DNA from: an uncultured Opitutaceae bacterium
GTDB taxonomy: Bacteria > Verrucomicrobiota > Verrucomicrobiia > Opitutales > Opitutaceae
Length of the DNA stretch: 41,214 bases
Assembly (NCBI GenBank): GCA_964518665.1
Contig: CAZFHG010000002.1
Span: 1 to 41,214 of the forward strand
Reading direction: 5' to 3'
A program made the translations under genes and the position numbers. The notes below the pieces were generated by a model that worked only from the letters and a program-made list of their open reading frames with translations, was not told where the DNA came from and ran no database searches. Shown here in pieces: positions 8,719 to 16,748 of the stretch (its first letter is position 1; every line of letters begins with the position of its first letter).

Positions 8719-9509
8719 CAGGCAATGACCTCCTTCGGTGCGGGAAACCGGCCGGCGCGAACGTCGCGGCTGAAGGCATTCAGCGCCCGGGTTACCAACT
8801 TGGCTCCGTCGAGATAGCGTCGCGCAAAGCGCGGACGAAAATCAGGATCAAGTCCCAGCAAATCGGTGATCACGAGCACCTGCCCATCGGTGCCGGCACC
8901 CGCGCCGATGCCGATGGTCGGTACACGCAAATCCTGTGTCAGGCTGCGCGCCAGCGCGGCGGGAACACACTCAAGCACGAGGGCAAAGACGCCAAGTTGC
9001 TCGAGCCGCAGGGCATCGTGCCGCAGGCGTTTGGCCGCGGTCGGGCTGCGACCTTGCATCCGGTGACCGCCGAATTGATTGACGGACTGCGGCGTGAGAC
9101 CGAGATGACCCATGACCGGTATGCCGCTCCCGATCAGATGCGGAATCAGATCCTCGTGTCCGGCCACACCCTCGATTTTGACGGCATTGGCTCCGGCCTG
9201 CAGTAACTGGCCGGCCGCCTGGGTGGCGACATCGCGGCCCAGCCGGGTCGCGAGGAAGGGCAAATCCGTGATGATGAAACCGTCCGGCGCGCCCCGCCGG
9301 ACCGCCGCCGTATGCGTGACCATCATTTCGACCGTTGCATGAATGGTGGACCGATGGCCGTGCACGACCATGGCGGCACTGTCACCGACCAGGAGTGCAT
9401 CAACGGAGGATGAGGTCAGGAGGCGCGCCTGGAGGACATCATACGCCGTTACGACTGTGATCGGCCGGTGGCTCCGCTTGGCGCGGGCGAAATCGAGGAT
9501 GCTCTTCAC
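8718..9509 (-). CDS. panB: 3-methyl-2-oxobutanoate hydroxymethyltransferase
   Basis: VTAYD...LVGDS..MV..GH.ST and GANAVKIEG motifs are present. The start is a GTG at 9509, preceded by GGAGG 5 nt upstream. Confidence 0.92.
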   Translation of the reverse strand: MKSILDFARAKRSHRPITVVTAYDVLQARLLTSSSVDALLVGDSAAMVVHGHRSTIHATVEMMVTHTAAVRRGAPDGFIITDLPFLATRLGRDVATQAAGQLLQAGANAVKIEGVAGHEDLIPHLIGSGIPVMGHLGLTPQSVNQFGGHRMQGRSPTAAKRLRHDALRLEQLGVFALVLECVPAALARSLTQDLRVPTIGIGAGAGTDGQVLVITDLLGLDPDFRPRFARRYLDGAKLVTRALNAFSRDVRAGRFPAPKEVIA

Positions 9510-9768
9510 ACCGCCTCCGCAGTTTCCGTTTTAGGAAAGTCACGGGGAGGCAGGGATGTTTTCAAGGGTGCTGTTCGCATGGCGATGCAGTCTCCGGGAT
9601 CTGAGGTTTGTAGTGAGCTGACGATGTCCGGTCGCGAGCGAGTTCGCGCTGGACGCAATTACAGTACGCAAATGCACCGCTTTGGAAAGCGCCGCCTTCG
9701 TCATAGTGATAATTTAGTCGGGGGAATTGTTTATGTTACCGTGAAGCGGGGCTCGAACCAGGATTTGT

Positions 9769-9848
9769 GTAGGGCCGTACCTTGGTCCGTGCCTCGATGA
9801 TCTGCCGGCAACGCATCGCTATCAGGCGTCACCAAGGTGACGCCCTAC
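9769..9848. repeat. A-family palindromic element (variant arms)
   Basis: The arms are GTAGGGCCGTACCTTGGTCCGTGCC ... GGCGTCACCAAGGTGACGCCCTAC. It shares the GTAGGGC/GCCCTAC termini. It lies 45 nt after the receptor stop. Confidence 0.7.
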
Positions 9849-9892
9849 ATGATGACCATTTGCTTACGCCCGTAGCTGCCTGGATGTCCGCT

Positions 9893-11761
9893 TCACCAGC
9901 GCCAGTTTACGCCGGCGGTGAACTGCCGGGGGCTCGCAGGCACGGCGGGGACTTCCTCGAAGCGGCTGTCCCAGAGGTTTTCGATCTGCACGGAGAATTC
10001 CACGCCGGGTAGATCCTTGGGGCGGAACGCCAGTGCCAGGGCTGCGAGGGCGGATTCATCGGGACCGCGGCGGAGGGGATTCGACTCCTGCAAACGGAAC
10101 TCCTGATCTAGCCGGAGATCGAGCCCGGGCCGGAGATGCAAAACGACCGCGGCGGTCAGACGGTGACGGGCAAAATTGAGGGCGTAGAAGCTGCCATCCA
10201 CCAGCGCACCATGGTAATCCGCATTTTTGTCGAGCCAACTGTAGCCAAAGACCAAGTCGGCGCGGGTGGCGCGGCGGGTGTAGACGAGTTCGATGCCAGT
10301 GGTCGCGAGGTCCACGGCGTTTGCGCTGCGGGCGGTGACACCCTGGCGGAAAGTCCAGTCAACGAGATCGTCGTCCCAACGGTGAAATACGGCGGCATCA
10401 AAGGTCCAAGACCGTCCATGCCATCGGGCTCCCGCCTCGAGATTGCGGCTGATCTCGCGGCCAAGATTGGCATTGCCGCGGAACAGTCCGGCCGTGGCGC
10501 TGGAGTTGAGCGCGGTGTAAGTGGGTAACTGCGTGGTCTCGGCATACTGCACATGAAAGCGGTGCGGTGTGGCGGGACCGGCACCGGCGCCGGGCGTGAA
10601 TTCGAGTCCGATGACGGGCGAAAACCGGCCGCCGTCGCGATTGGAATCATCCCAAGTGCCGCCGGCACGTAGAGTCGGGGCGAGCGTGGCAGCAGGAAAC
10701 GCATATTCGGGCACGAGCGAAACCTTGCGCTGAATCCGGCTCCGGTATTTCCCGGCGGTCAGCGAGGTGGATGCAAGGGAGTCGGCGATCACCTGCGCGG
10801 CATAGTTGATCACCACCTCGCCGGCATGCTGCCGGCCCTCGACTCCGGCGGCTTCCACCCAGGTCGTGTGCTGAAAGGGGTGAACCGCACCAACCGGAGC
10901 GAAGCGATTAAAGGCATAATCATCCTTGTTCCGCCGGTAGTACGCACCGGCCTGGATGTAGTCGCCTTCCCCAAGGTCGGCGCGGTGGTTGAAGGCCGTC
11001 AGCACGGTCTGCAGATTCTCTGACTCGGGAGAATTGAAAGGCGTGTAGAGGTTGGGCCAGCCAAAGGCCTTGGCTTGATAGCCAGCAAAGAAATCACTCT
11101 GACTGCGGGGCCCGCGCACCTGCAAGCGCCCCCCCACCCGGCTGAAATCGTGATCGCCATTTTCGATGGAACCCTCGGATTCCGAACGGGACGCCTCCAG
11201 ATCAGCGGCGATCTGCCAGCCATTGGAGCCAAGTGCCCGGGTCCAACCTTCATGAAAGGCCTGCCGGTTGGAGGCGTCGGGACCGGCAGCCGCGGAAAAG
11301 GTCCCGCCATCAGTAATCGGAGCCCACGTATAGGCGATCGTGCCTGCATTGGCGTTGACGCCGGTGATGGCGTTGTCGGCGCCAGTGCGGATCTGCGGTG
11401 CGCCCAGCATGGCGGGTGCGATGGGAATCTCCGCGAAGTAGTGGCCGGTCTGCGGATCGAGCAGCGAAACGGCGCCCACGCGGAAGCCGGTCTGCTCAAA
11501 CACGCCACCACGCAGCGAGACATCGGCCTGGCCCTCGGCAAGGTTGCGGGATTGGACATCCACCAGCGGCTCGAAACGCAGAGCCGATACCGGCATGGCA
11601 AAGGTGCCGCCCGGTTCGGGATTGGCCACGCGGGGAGCCTGGGTCGTAAACACCGGCAGGACGAAGGGCTCGTCGGGGCGGTCGACTTGGGCGGATAACG
11701 CGGACGCGAGTGCGAGTGAGCCGGCGAGCGCCGTGGCTAGAGAATGGAGTGTTTTGGTCAT
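9893..11761 (-). CDS. TonB-dependent outer-membrane receptor
   Basis: The ATG at 11761 gives the signal peptide MTKTLHSLATALAGSLALASALSAQ. A plug region is present (DVSLRGGVFEQTGFRVGAVSLLDPQTGHY) and the C-terminus is aromatic (..GVNWRW). The ORF extension to 11851 runs into a regulatory/repeat region. Confidence 0.85.
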   Translation of the reverse strand: MTKTLHSLATALAGSLALASALSAQVDRPDEPFVLPVFTTQAPRVANPEPGGTFAMPVSALRFEPLVDVQSRNLAEGQADVSLRGGVFEQTGFRVGAVSLLDPQTGHYFAEIPIAPAMLGAPQIRTGADNAITGVNANAGTIAYTWAPITDGGTFSAAAGPDASNRQAFHEGWTRALGSNGWQIAADLEASRSESEGSIENGDHDFSRVGGRLQVRGPRSQSDFFAGYQAKAFGWPNLYTPFNSPESENLQTVLTAFNHRADLGEGDYIQAGAYYRRNKDDYAFNRFAPVGAVHPFQHTTWVEAAGVEGRQHAGEVVINYAAQVIADSLASTSLTAGKYRSRIQRKVSLVPEYAFPAATLAPTLRAGGTWDDSNRDGGRFSPVIGLEFTPGAGAGPATPHRFHVQYAETTQLPTYTALNSSATAGLFRGNANLGREISRNLEAGARWHGRSWTFDAAVFHRWDDDLVDWTFRQGVTARSANAVDLATTGIELVYTRRATRADLVFGYSWLDKNADYHGALVDGSFYALNFARHRLTAAVVLHLRPGLDLRLDQEFRLQESNPLRRGPDESALAALALAFRPKDLPGVEFSVQIENLWDSRFEEVPAVPASPRQFTAGVNWRW

Positions 11762-11843
11762 GGTTAAGTATTCTTTTATTCTTGTTAACCTAGACCGATT
11801 GCGCGGGAGCGAGGTTCCGGCCGCAAGGCAAAATCCGCGCAAT
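11762..11843 (-). promoter_or_regulatory. candidate operator / leader of the TonB-dependent receptor gene
   Basis: An AT-rich island (GGTTAACAAGAATAAAAGAATACTTAACC) abuts the ATG and has GGTTAA/TTAACC ends (11762-11767 and 11785-11790). It contains the direct repeat AGAATA-AA-AGAATA. A 9-bp inverted repeat ATTGCGCGG-N28-CCGCGCAAT lies at 11798-11843. Confidence 0.35.
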
Positions 11844-11855
11844 AGTGCCAAAGAA

Positions 11856-11935
11856 GTAGGGCAGGTCTCTGACCAGCCCGTTTTACTTCTCCCTGCAAAT
11901 GGAACGTGTCATGGCAGGTCAAAGACCTGCCCTAC
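11856..11935. repeat. A-family palindromic element
   Basis: The arms are GTAGGGCAGGTCTCTGACCAGCC ... GGCAGGTCAAAGACCTGCCCTAC, with 2 mismatches over 23 nt. Confidence 0.85.
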
Positions 11936-11956
11936 TTGGTGTCCAAATGCGGTAAA

Positions 11957-12019
11957 CTGCAGGAGCGGCTTTACGCCGCGATGTAGTCCTTCGATTGCGG
12001 CGTGAAGCCGCCCCTGCAG
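11957..12019. repeat. B-family palindromic element
   Basis: The arms are CTGCAGGAGCGGCTTTACGCCGCGAT ... TTGCGGCGTGAAGCCGCCCCTGCAG. It lies 21 nt after an A-family copy, the same A-then-B order as at 3020-3174. Confidence 0.8.
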
Positions 12020-12055
12020 TGTGCAGACCGTGCAAGCGCGCCGTTGGCGCCACGT

Positions 12056-13246
12056 TCACTTCTTGGCCGACCCCGCCTCGGTGGCTTTGAGCAGCGTGCG
12101 GCTGATGATGATGCGTTGCACTTCCGACGAGCCTTCGCCGATCTCACACAACCGGGCATCGCGCCAGTAGCGCTCAACCGGGATGTCGCGGGTGTAGCCA
12201 TAGCCACCGTGGATTTGGAGCACACGGTTGCAGATCCGCGACGCGGCCTCGGAGGCGTAGAGTTTGCCGACGGATGATTCCAGGGTGTGCCGCGCCCCGC
12301 GCTTCGCGAGAACGGCTGCCTGCAGCACGAGCGCCTCGGCCGCGCGCAGTTCCACTTCGCAGTCGGCGATCATGAACTGCAGCGCCTGGAAATCCGCGAG
12401 CTTCTTGCCGAACTGCTTACGGGTAACAGCATGCTGCAGCGCCGCATCGAGCGCAGCCCGGGCGAGGCCCAGCGAAACCGACGCGACGCCGATGCGCCCT
12501 TTGTCCAGGCACGCGAGCGCCGAGGCCTGGCCGCTGCCGCGCGCGCCCAGCAGTTCTCCCGGCGCACGTTCAAGGCGGAACTCGGCGGTGTCCGAGGCTC
12601 GCAAACCGCACGTCGGCACTTTGCGCATGAGTTGGATGTCGGCGTGCCGCACGAGGAAGGCGCTGATCTCCTTGCGGCCTTCCGGGGTCTGGCCCGACAC
12701 AGCCATCACGATCAGATACTCCGCCCAGTGCCCCATGGTGATGTAGCGCTTGTGACCGGTGAGTTCCCAGCGACCCGGTTCAACTTCGGTGGCAATCGTC
12801 TGCACGCCGCCGCTGTCGCTGCCCGCCTCGGGTTCGGTCAGTGCCCAGGCCGCAAGCCAAGTGCCGTCGGTGAGCTTGGGGAACAGGAGCTTGTGCTGCG
12901 CGGCACTCCCCGCCGCGAGCGGATGACCGACGCCAAGGGCATTGTGCGCGGCGACATCAATCGCAAACGCCGCCTGGTACTTGGCCAGTTCGCGCACGGC
13001 CAGCGCGGCCGCGACATAGCTGAATTCGCGGCCGCCATGCGTGCGGGGCGCCGTCATGCCAAGGAGGCCGATTGCGCCGGCCTTGGTGAAGGCCTCGCGC
13101 GGAATCGCCTCGTCCTCTTCCCAAGCTGCGGCCTGGGGTGCGACCTCCTTTTCGGCAAAGGTCGCGACTTGCTGGAGAAAATCCAGCTCGGCGGGAGTGA
13201 GGTGTTCGAGCCAAGGCGTGGGCAGGCTGGGCGTGGCAGTATTCAT
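12056..13246 (-). CDS. acyl-CoA dehydrogenase
   Basis: ACAD motifs are present (GLLGMT.P...GG, ALTEPEAGSD, YASEAASRICNRVLQIHGGYGYTRDIPVERYWRDARLCEIGEGSSEVQR). The ATG is at 13246; the longer form to 13288 would need a TTG start. Confidence 0.9.
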   Translation of the reverse strand: MNTATPSLPTPWLEHLTPAELDFLQQVATFAEKEVAPQAAAWEEDEAIPREAFTKAGAIGLLGMTAPRTHGGREFSYVAAALAVRELAKYQAAFAIDVAAHNALGVGHPLAAGSAAQHKLLFPKLTDGTWLAAWALTEPEAGSDSGGVQTIATEVEPGRWELTGHKRYITMGHWAEYLIVMAVSGQTPEGRKEISAFLVRHADIQLMRKVPTCGLRASDTAEFRLERAPGELLGARGSGQASALACLDKGRIGVASVSLGLARAALDAALQHAVTRKQFGKKLADFQALQFMIADCEVELRAAEALVLQAAVLAKRGARHTLESSVGKLYASEAASRICNRVLQIHGGYGYTRDIPVERYWRDARLCEIGEGSSEVQRIIISRTLLKATEAGSAKK

Positions 13247-13451
13247 GGGGTGTTGAGTCCGGGGGGTACCGGGCGATGCCACCACCAAAACAATTCCCGG
13301 CGTCAGGACCAGTCCGTGTGCGCGCCGTTAGCCCCTGAAAGCCCATTATACTCTGTTTGGCGTACGTTCCGCGGCAGATTGCGGTTTGCCCGCCCGCGGA
13401 TTTTCCCGAATCCTTCCACCGGTTCAGTTCTCCCCACCCCACCCTACTTCC

Positions 13452-15047
13452 GTGCCGCCCACCCCGACACTGCGCGAATCCTGCCTGGCCCATGCCCAAG
13501 AGGAGGCGACCCTCCGTGAAGGCGGCGGCGCCGACGGCCAGGCCCGTCAACACAAGCTCGGCCGCATGTTCGTCCGTGAGCGCATCGCCGCCCTCGCCGA
13601 CGATCGTGCCGCCGGTTTCCTCGAACTCGGCCTCTGGGCCGCCCACGGCATGTACCGCGAGTGGGGTGCGTTTCCCGGCGCCGGCGTCGTCACCGGCATC
13701 GCCGAGATTTCGGGCCGGCCCTGCATGATCGTCGCGAACGACGCCACGGTGAAAGCCGGGGCCTTCGTTCCGATGACATGCAAGAAGGTCCTCCGCGCGC
13801 AACGCATCGCCTTCGAGTGCAACCTCCCCCTCGTCTACCTCGTCGATTCCGCGGGCGTCTTCCTGCCGATGCAGGACGAGATTTTCCCCGACGAGGACGA
13901 CTTCGGCCGCATCTTCCGCCACAACGCCGTGATCTCCGCCGCCGGCATCCCCCAGTACGCCGCCATCATGGGCAATTGCGTCGCCGGCGGGGCCTATCTC
14001 CCGGTGCTCTGCGACCAGATCCTCATGACCGAGGGCAGCGGTCTCTACCTCGCCGGCCCGGCCCTCGTGAAAGCCGCCATCGGCCAGGTGACCGACCAGG
14101 AGACCCTCGGCGGCGCCGCGATGCATGCTGGGATATCGGGCACGGTGGATTTCCGCGAGAAGGACGACCCCGCCTGCCTCGCGCGCCTGCGCAGCCTCGT
14201 GGCGCTGCTGCCAGCCCCGGCAGCGGAAAACCTGTCCACCGGCGCGGAGCCGGAGTGGCCAACGGAGAAAATCCTCGATCTGGTGCCACCGGACGGCCGT
14301 CGCGAATACGATGTGCGCGATCTCCTGCGTTGTCTCGTGGACGCCGGCTCGCTCGACGAAGCCAAGGCCGAATACGGCCAGACCATCGTCACCACCTTCG
14401 CCCGCCTTGGTGGCCGCCCGGTCGGCATCGTCGCCAACCAGCGGAAGCGCGTGCAGTCGCAGAAATCCGGCCTGCAGATGCCCGGGGTGATCTACGCCGA
14501 TGCCGCCGACAAAGCCGCGCGGTTCATCATGGACTGCAACCAGACGCGTGTGCCGCTGGTGTTTCTGCAGGACGTATCCGGCTTCATGGTCGGCAAGGAC
14601 GCCGAACAAAGCGGCATCATCCGCTCGGGTGCAAAACTGGTGAACGCCCTGAGCAACACCACCGTGCCCAAACTCACTGTGATCACGGGCGGTTCCTACG
14701 GCGCCGGCAACTATGCGATGTGCGGCAAGGCCTTTGATCCGCGTTTCATCTTTGCCTGGCCCCATTCCAAATACGCCGTCATGGGCGCCGCGCAGGCCAG
14801 CGATGTGGTCTACGGTATCCTCGCCAAGGCGGCCAAGGACCGTCCGCAGGAGGAACTCGACCGGTTGCGCCAGCAGGTGAAGGATAACTACGTCGAACAG
14901 GCCGATATCCGCTACGGCGCCGCGCGTGGCTGGGTGGATGCGATCATTTCACCCTTGGAAACACGCCGCATCCTCCTGCAAACCCTTGCCTTGGCCCACC
15001 GGCCCGGCCCGAAGGCCGGGTTTCACACGGGCGTGATCCAAGTCTGA
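13452..15047 (+). CDS. acyl-CoA carboxylase carboxyltransferase (beta) subunit, methylcrotonyl-/geranyl-CoA carboxylase-like
   Basis: The product is carboxyl-transferase family throughout (REGGG...RHKLGRMFVRERI..., ANDATVKAGAF, GNCVAGGAYLP, FLQDVSGFMVGKDAEQSGIIRSGAKLV). The start is uncertain: GTG at 13452, or TTG at 13386 as in the ORF track. Confidence 0.88.
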   Translation: MPPTPTLRESCLAHAQEEATLREGGGADGQARQHKLGRMFVRERIAALADDRAAGFLELGLWAAHGMYREWGAFPGAGVVTGIAEISGRPCMIVANDATVKAGAFVPMTCKKVLRAQRIAFECNLPLVYLVDSAGVFLPMQDEIFPDEDDFGRIFRHNAVISAAGIPQYAAIMGNCVAGGAYLPVLCDQILMTEGSGLYLAGPALVKAAIGQVTDQETLGGAAMHAGISGTVDFREKDDPACLARLRSLVALLPAPAAENLSTGAEPEWPTEKILDLVPPDGRREYDVRDLLRCLVDAGSLDEAKAEYGQTIVTTFARLGGRPVGIVANQRKRVQSQKSGLQMPGVIYADAADKAARFIMDCNQTRVPLVFLQDVSGFMVGKDAEQSGIIRSGAKLVNALSNTTVPKLTVITGGSYGAGNYAMCGKAFDPRFIFAWPHSKYAVMGAAQASDVVYGILAKAAKDRPQEELDRLRQQVKDNYVEQADIRYGAARGWVDAIISPLETRRILLQTLALAHRPGPKAGFHTGVIQV

Positions 15048-15051
15048 AGCC

Positions 15052-16407
15052 ATGCTCCGCCCCCTCAAGATCGCCAACGCCTCCGGCTTCTGGGGCGACC
15101 AGCCCGACGCCGCAGCCCGGCTCGTCGCCGCGCAGCCGGATTTGGACTACCTCACCCTCGACTACCTAGCCGAGGTCTCGCTTTCGATCATGGCCATCAC
15201 CCGGGCCAAGGACCCGGCGGCAGGCTTCGCGCGGGACTTTCTCGAAGTCGTTTCGTCTCTCGCCGGCTTCTGGCAACGCGGCGGCCGGACCAGGATCGTG
15301 ACCAACGCCGGCGGTCTCGATCCGCTTGCCTGCGGGACGGCCGTGCGCGGCCTGCTGGCCCGGGCGGGCCTCCCTGAGTTGAAAGTCGCTGTCGTGACCG
15401 GCGACGACGTCCTCGCCTGGGTGCGCACACACGCGTCCGATTGCCGGAATCTGGAAACCGACGCCTCCCTCGAAACCGTGTTGCCACGGCTCGTAACGGC
15501 CAACGCCTACCTCGAATCCGCTCCCATCGTCGCCGCCCTGCAGGCCGGTGCGCACATCGTCATCACCGGTCGCGTGGCCGACCCCTCGCTCACCGTAGCC
15601 CCGGCCCGGGCGCATTTTGGCTGGGGCGACGACGACTATGACCGTCTCGCCGGCGCAACCGTGGCCGGGCACCTCTTGGAATGCGGCACCCAGTCCTGCG
15701 GCGGATTTTCCACCGATTGGCTCGAGCTCGCCGGCACACACGACATCGGATTTCCCGTGGTGGAAATCTCGGCGGACGGCTCCTTCGCCCTGACCAAGCC
15801 CGCTGGCACCGGCGGCTCGGTCACGATTCAAACGGTGAAAGAGCAGCTCCTGTACGAGATCGGCGACCCGGGTGCGTACTTGTCGCCTGATGCCACGGTC
15901 TCTTTCCTCGGCCTCCAACTCTCTCCAGAAGGCGATAACCGCGTGCGTGTCTCCGGCGCCATTGGTCGTCCGCCACCGGACCGTTACAAGGTGAGCGCCA
16001 CCTACCGCCATGGTTTCAAGGCCCACGGCATGCTCACGATCTACGGTGCGCAGGCCGTTGAGAAAGCCCGCCGCGCCGGTCAGGGCGTCCTGCAGCGTTT
16101 GACCGAGGCCGGCTGCGTTTACCGGGAAACCTTGGTCGAGTGTCTCGGCACTGGTGCCAGCGCCGGCGGGCTCGGACAGCGCGTACCCGAGGCCGACCTG
16201 ATTGAAACCGTGCTGCGCATCAGCGTCGCAGCCGACACCGAAGAGCCCGTGCGCCGTTTCGCCCGCGCCGTGGCTCCGCTGGTCACCAGCGGACCCCAGG
16301 GCGTCACCGGATATGCGACCGGCCGCCCCAAGGTCCTGCCCGTCTTTGGCTACTGGCCCTGTCTCGTCCCCCGGGCTGCAGCCCAACCCAAGTGGAGTTT
16401 CGTATGA
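15052..16407 (+). CDS. acyclic terpene utilization AtuA-family protein (DUF1446)
   Basis: The N-terminus IANASGFWGDQPDAAARLV...LDYLTLDYLAEVSLSIMA is the AtuA/DUF1446 signature as I remember it. The stop overlaps the next start (ATGA). Confidence 0.8.
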   Translation: MLRPLKIANASGFWGDQPDAAARLVAAQPDLDYLTLDYLAEVSLSIMAITRAKDPAAGFARDFLEVVSSLAGFWQRGGRTRIVTNAGGLDPLACGTAVRGLLARAGLPELKVAVVTGDDVLAWVRTHASDCRNLETDASLETVLPRLVTANAYLESAPIVAALQAGAHIVITGRVADPSLTVAPARAHFGWGDDDYDRLAGATVAGHLLECGTQSCGGFSTDWLELAGTHDIGFPVVEISADGSFALTKPAGTGGSVTIQTVKEQLLYEIGDPGAYLSPDATVSFLGLQLSPEGDNRVRVSGAIGRPPPDRYKVSATYRHGFKAHGMLTIYGAQAVEKARRAGQGVLQRLTEAGCVYRETLVECLGTGASAGGLGQRVPEADLIETVLRISVAADTEEPVRRFARAVAPLVTSGPQGVTGYATGRPKVLPVFGYWPCLVPRAAAQPKWSFV

Positions 16408-16748
16408 AGACGCTGCACGCCATCGCATTTGCCCGCAGCGGCGACAAGGGCTCCTCCGCCAACGTCGCGGTCTTTGCCCGCAGCCCCGCGGCCTACGCCT
16501 GGCTCCAAGCCCACCTGACCGCCGCCAAGGTGGAAGCTTACTTTCGCCCCCTCGGGGTCGGCCTCGTGCGCCGCTACGAGGTCCCTAATCTCGAAGCACT
16601 CAATTTCTTGCTCCCCGGTATTCTCGCCGGCGGCGGCAGTTGCTCGCTGCGCATTGATGCGCAGGGCAAAACCCTCGGGCAGGCGCTGCTCGCCATGCCC
16701 GTTTCGCTGCCACCCGAGCTTCTCTCCACCCCACACACCACTCCATGA
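16404..16748 (+). CDS. AtuA C-terminal-domain-like small protein (DUF4387-like, assignment from memory)
   Basis: The ARSGDKGSSANVAVFAR and LNFLLPGILAGGGSCSLRIDAQGKT segments match the C-terminal part of long (fused) AtuA proteins. There are ATGA overlaps on both sides. Confidence 0.7.
   Translation: MKTLHAIAFARSGDKGSSANVAVFARSPAAYAWLQAHLTAAKVEAYFRPLGVGLVRRYEVPNLEALNFLLPGILAGGGSCSLRIDAQGKTLGQALLAMPVSLPPELLSTPHTTP

Noticed and set aside
9510-9768. Possible riboswitch or small ORF (9468-9800, +) in the lower-GC 260-bp region upstream of panB.
   Set aside because: Only short 5-6-bp hairpins are present. I know of no pantothenate-responsive RNA class to match. The + strand ORF overlaps the panB start and has no coding signal. 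The region is probably just a promoter.
11913-11935. A B12-box-like string in the A-family arm upstream of the second TonB-dependent receptor. GGTCAAAGACCTGCC, or GGTCAGAGACCTGCC in other copies, resembles the cobalamin riboswitch B12 box.
   Set aside because: The same string occurs in both arms of seven palindromic copies in unrelated contexts. It is one nucleotide short of the box as I recall it. The surrounding ~200-nt cobalamin riboswitch architecture is not evident. An Rfam scan would settle it.
12957-14765. Very long ORFs antisense to confident genes. Examples are 12957-14765 (602 aa), 12287-13519, 15166-16428, 17946-18821, 21013-21714, 23685-25634 (649 aa), 27111-28934 (607 aa), 28949-30619 (556 aa), 34507-36141 (544 aa), 36138-36920, 37709-38680, 38631-39614 and 39615-41009.
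   Set aside because: Each lies opposite a gene with unmistakable family motifs. Their products are Gly/Arg/Ala/Asp/His-rich with no recognisable domains, the usual stop-codon-poor shadow frames of high-GC DNA. Nothing in the sequence supports them as overlapping genes.
15052-16748. The AtuA-like gene split into two ORFs, considered as a frameshifted pseudogene.
   Set aside because: The junction is a clean ATGA stop/start overlap, and the small ORF has a good N-terminus (MKTLHAIAFARSGDKG). As I recall, a two-gene arrangement (large DUF1446 protein plus small partner) is common. It is more likely a natural split than a lesion.
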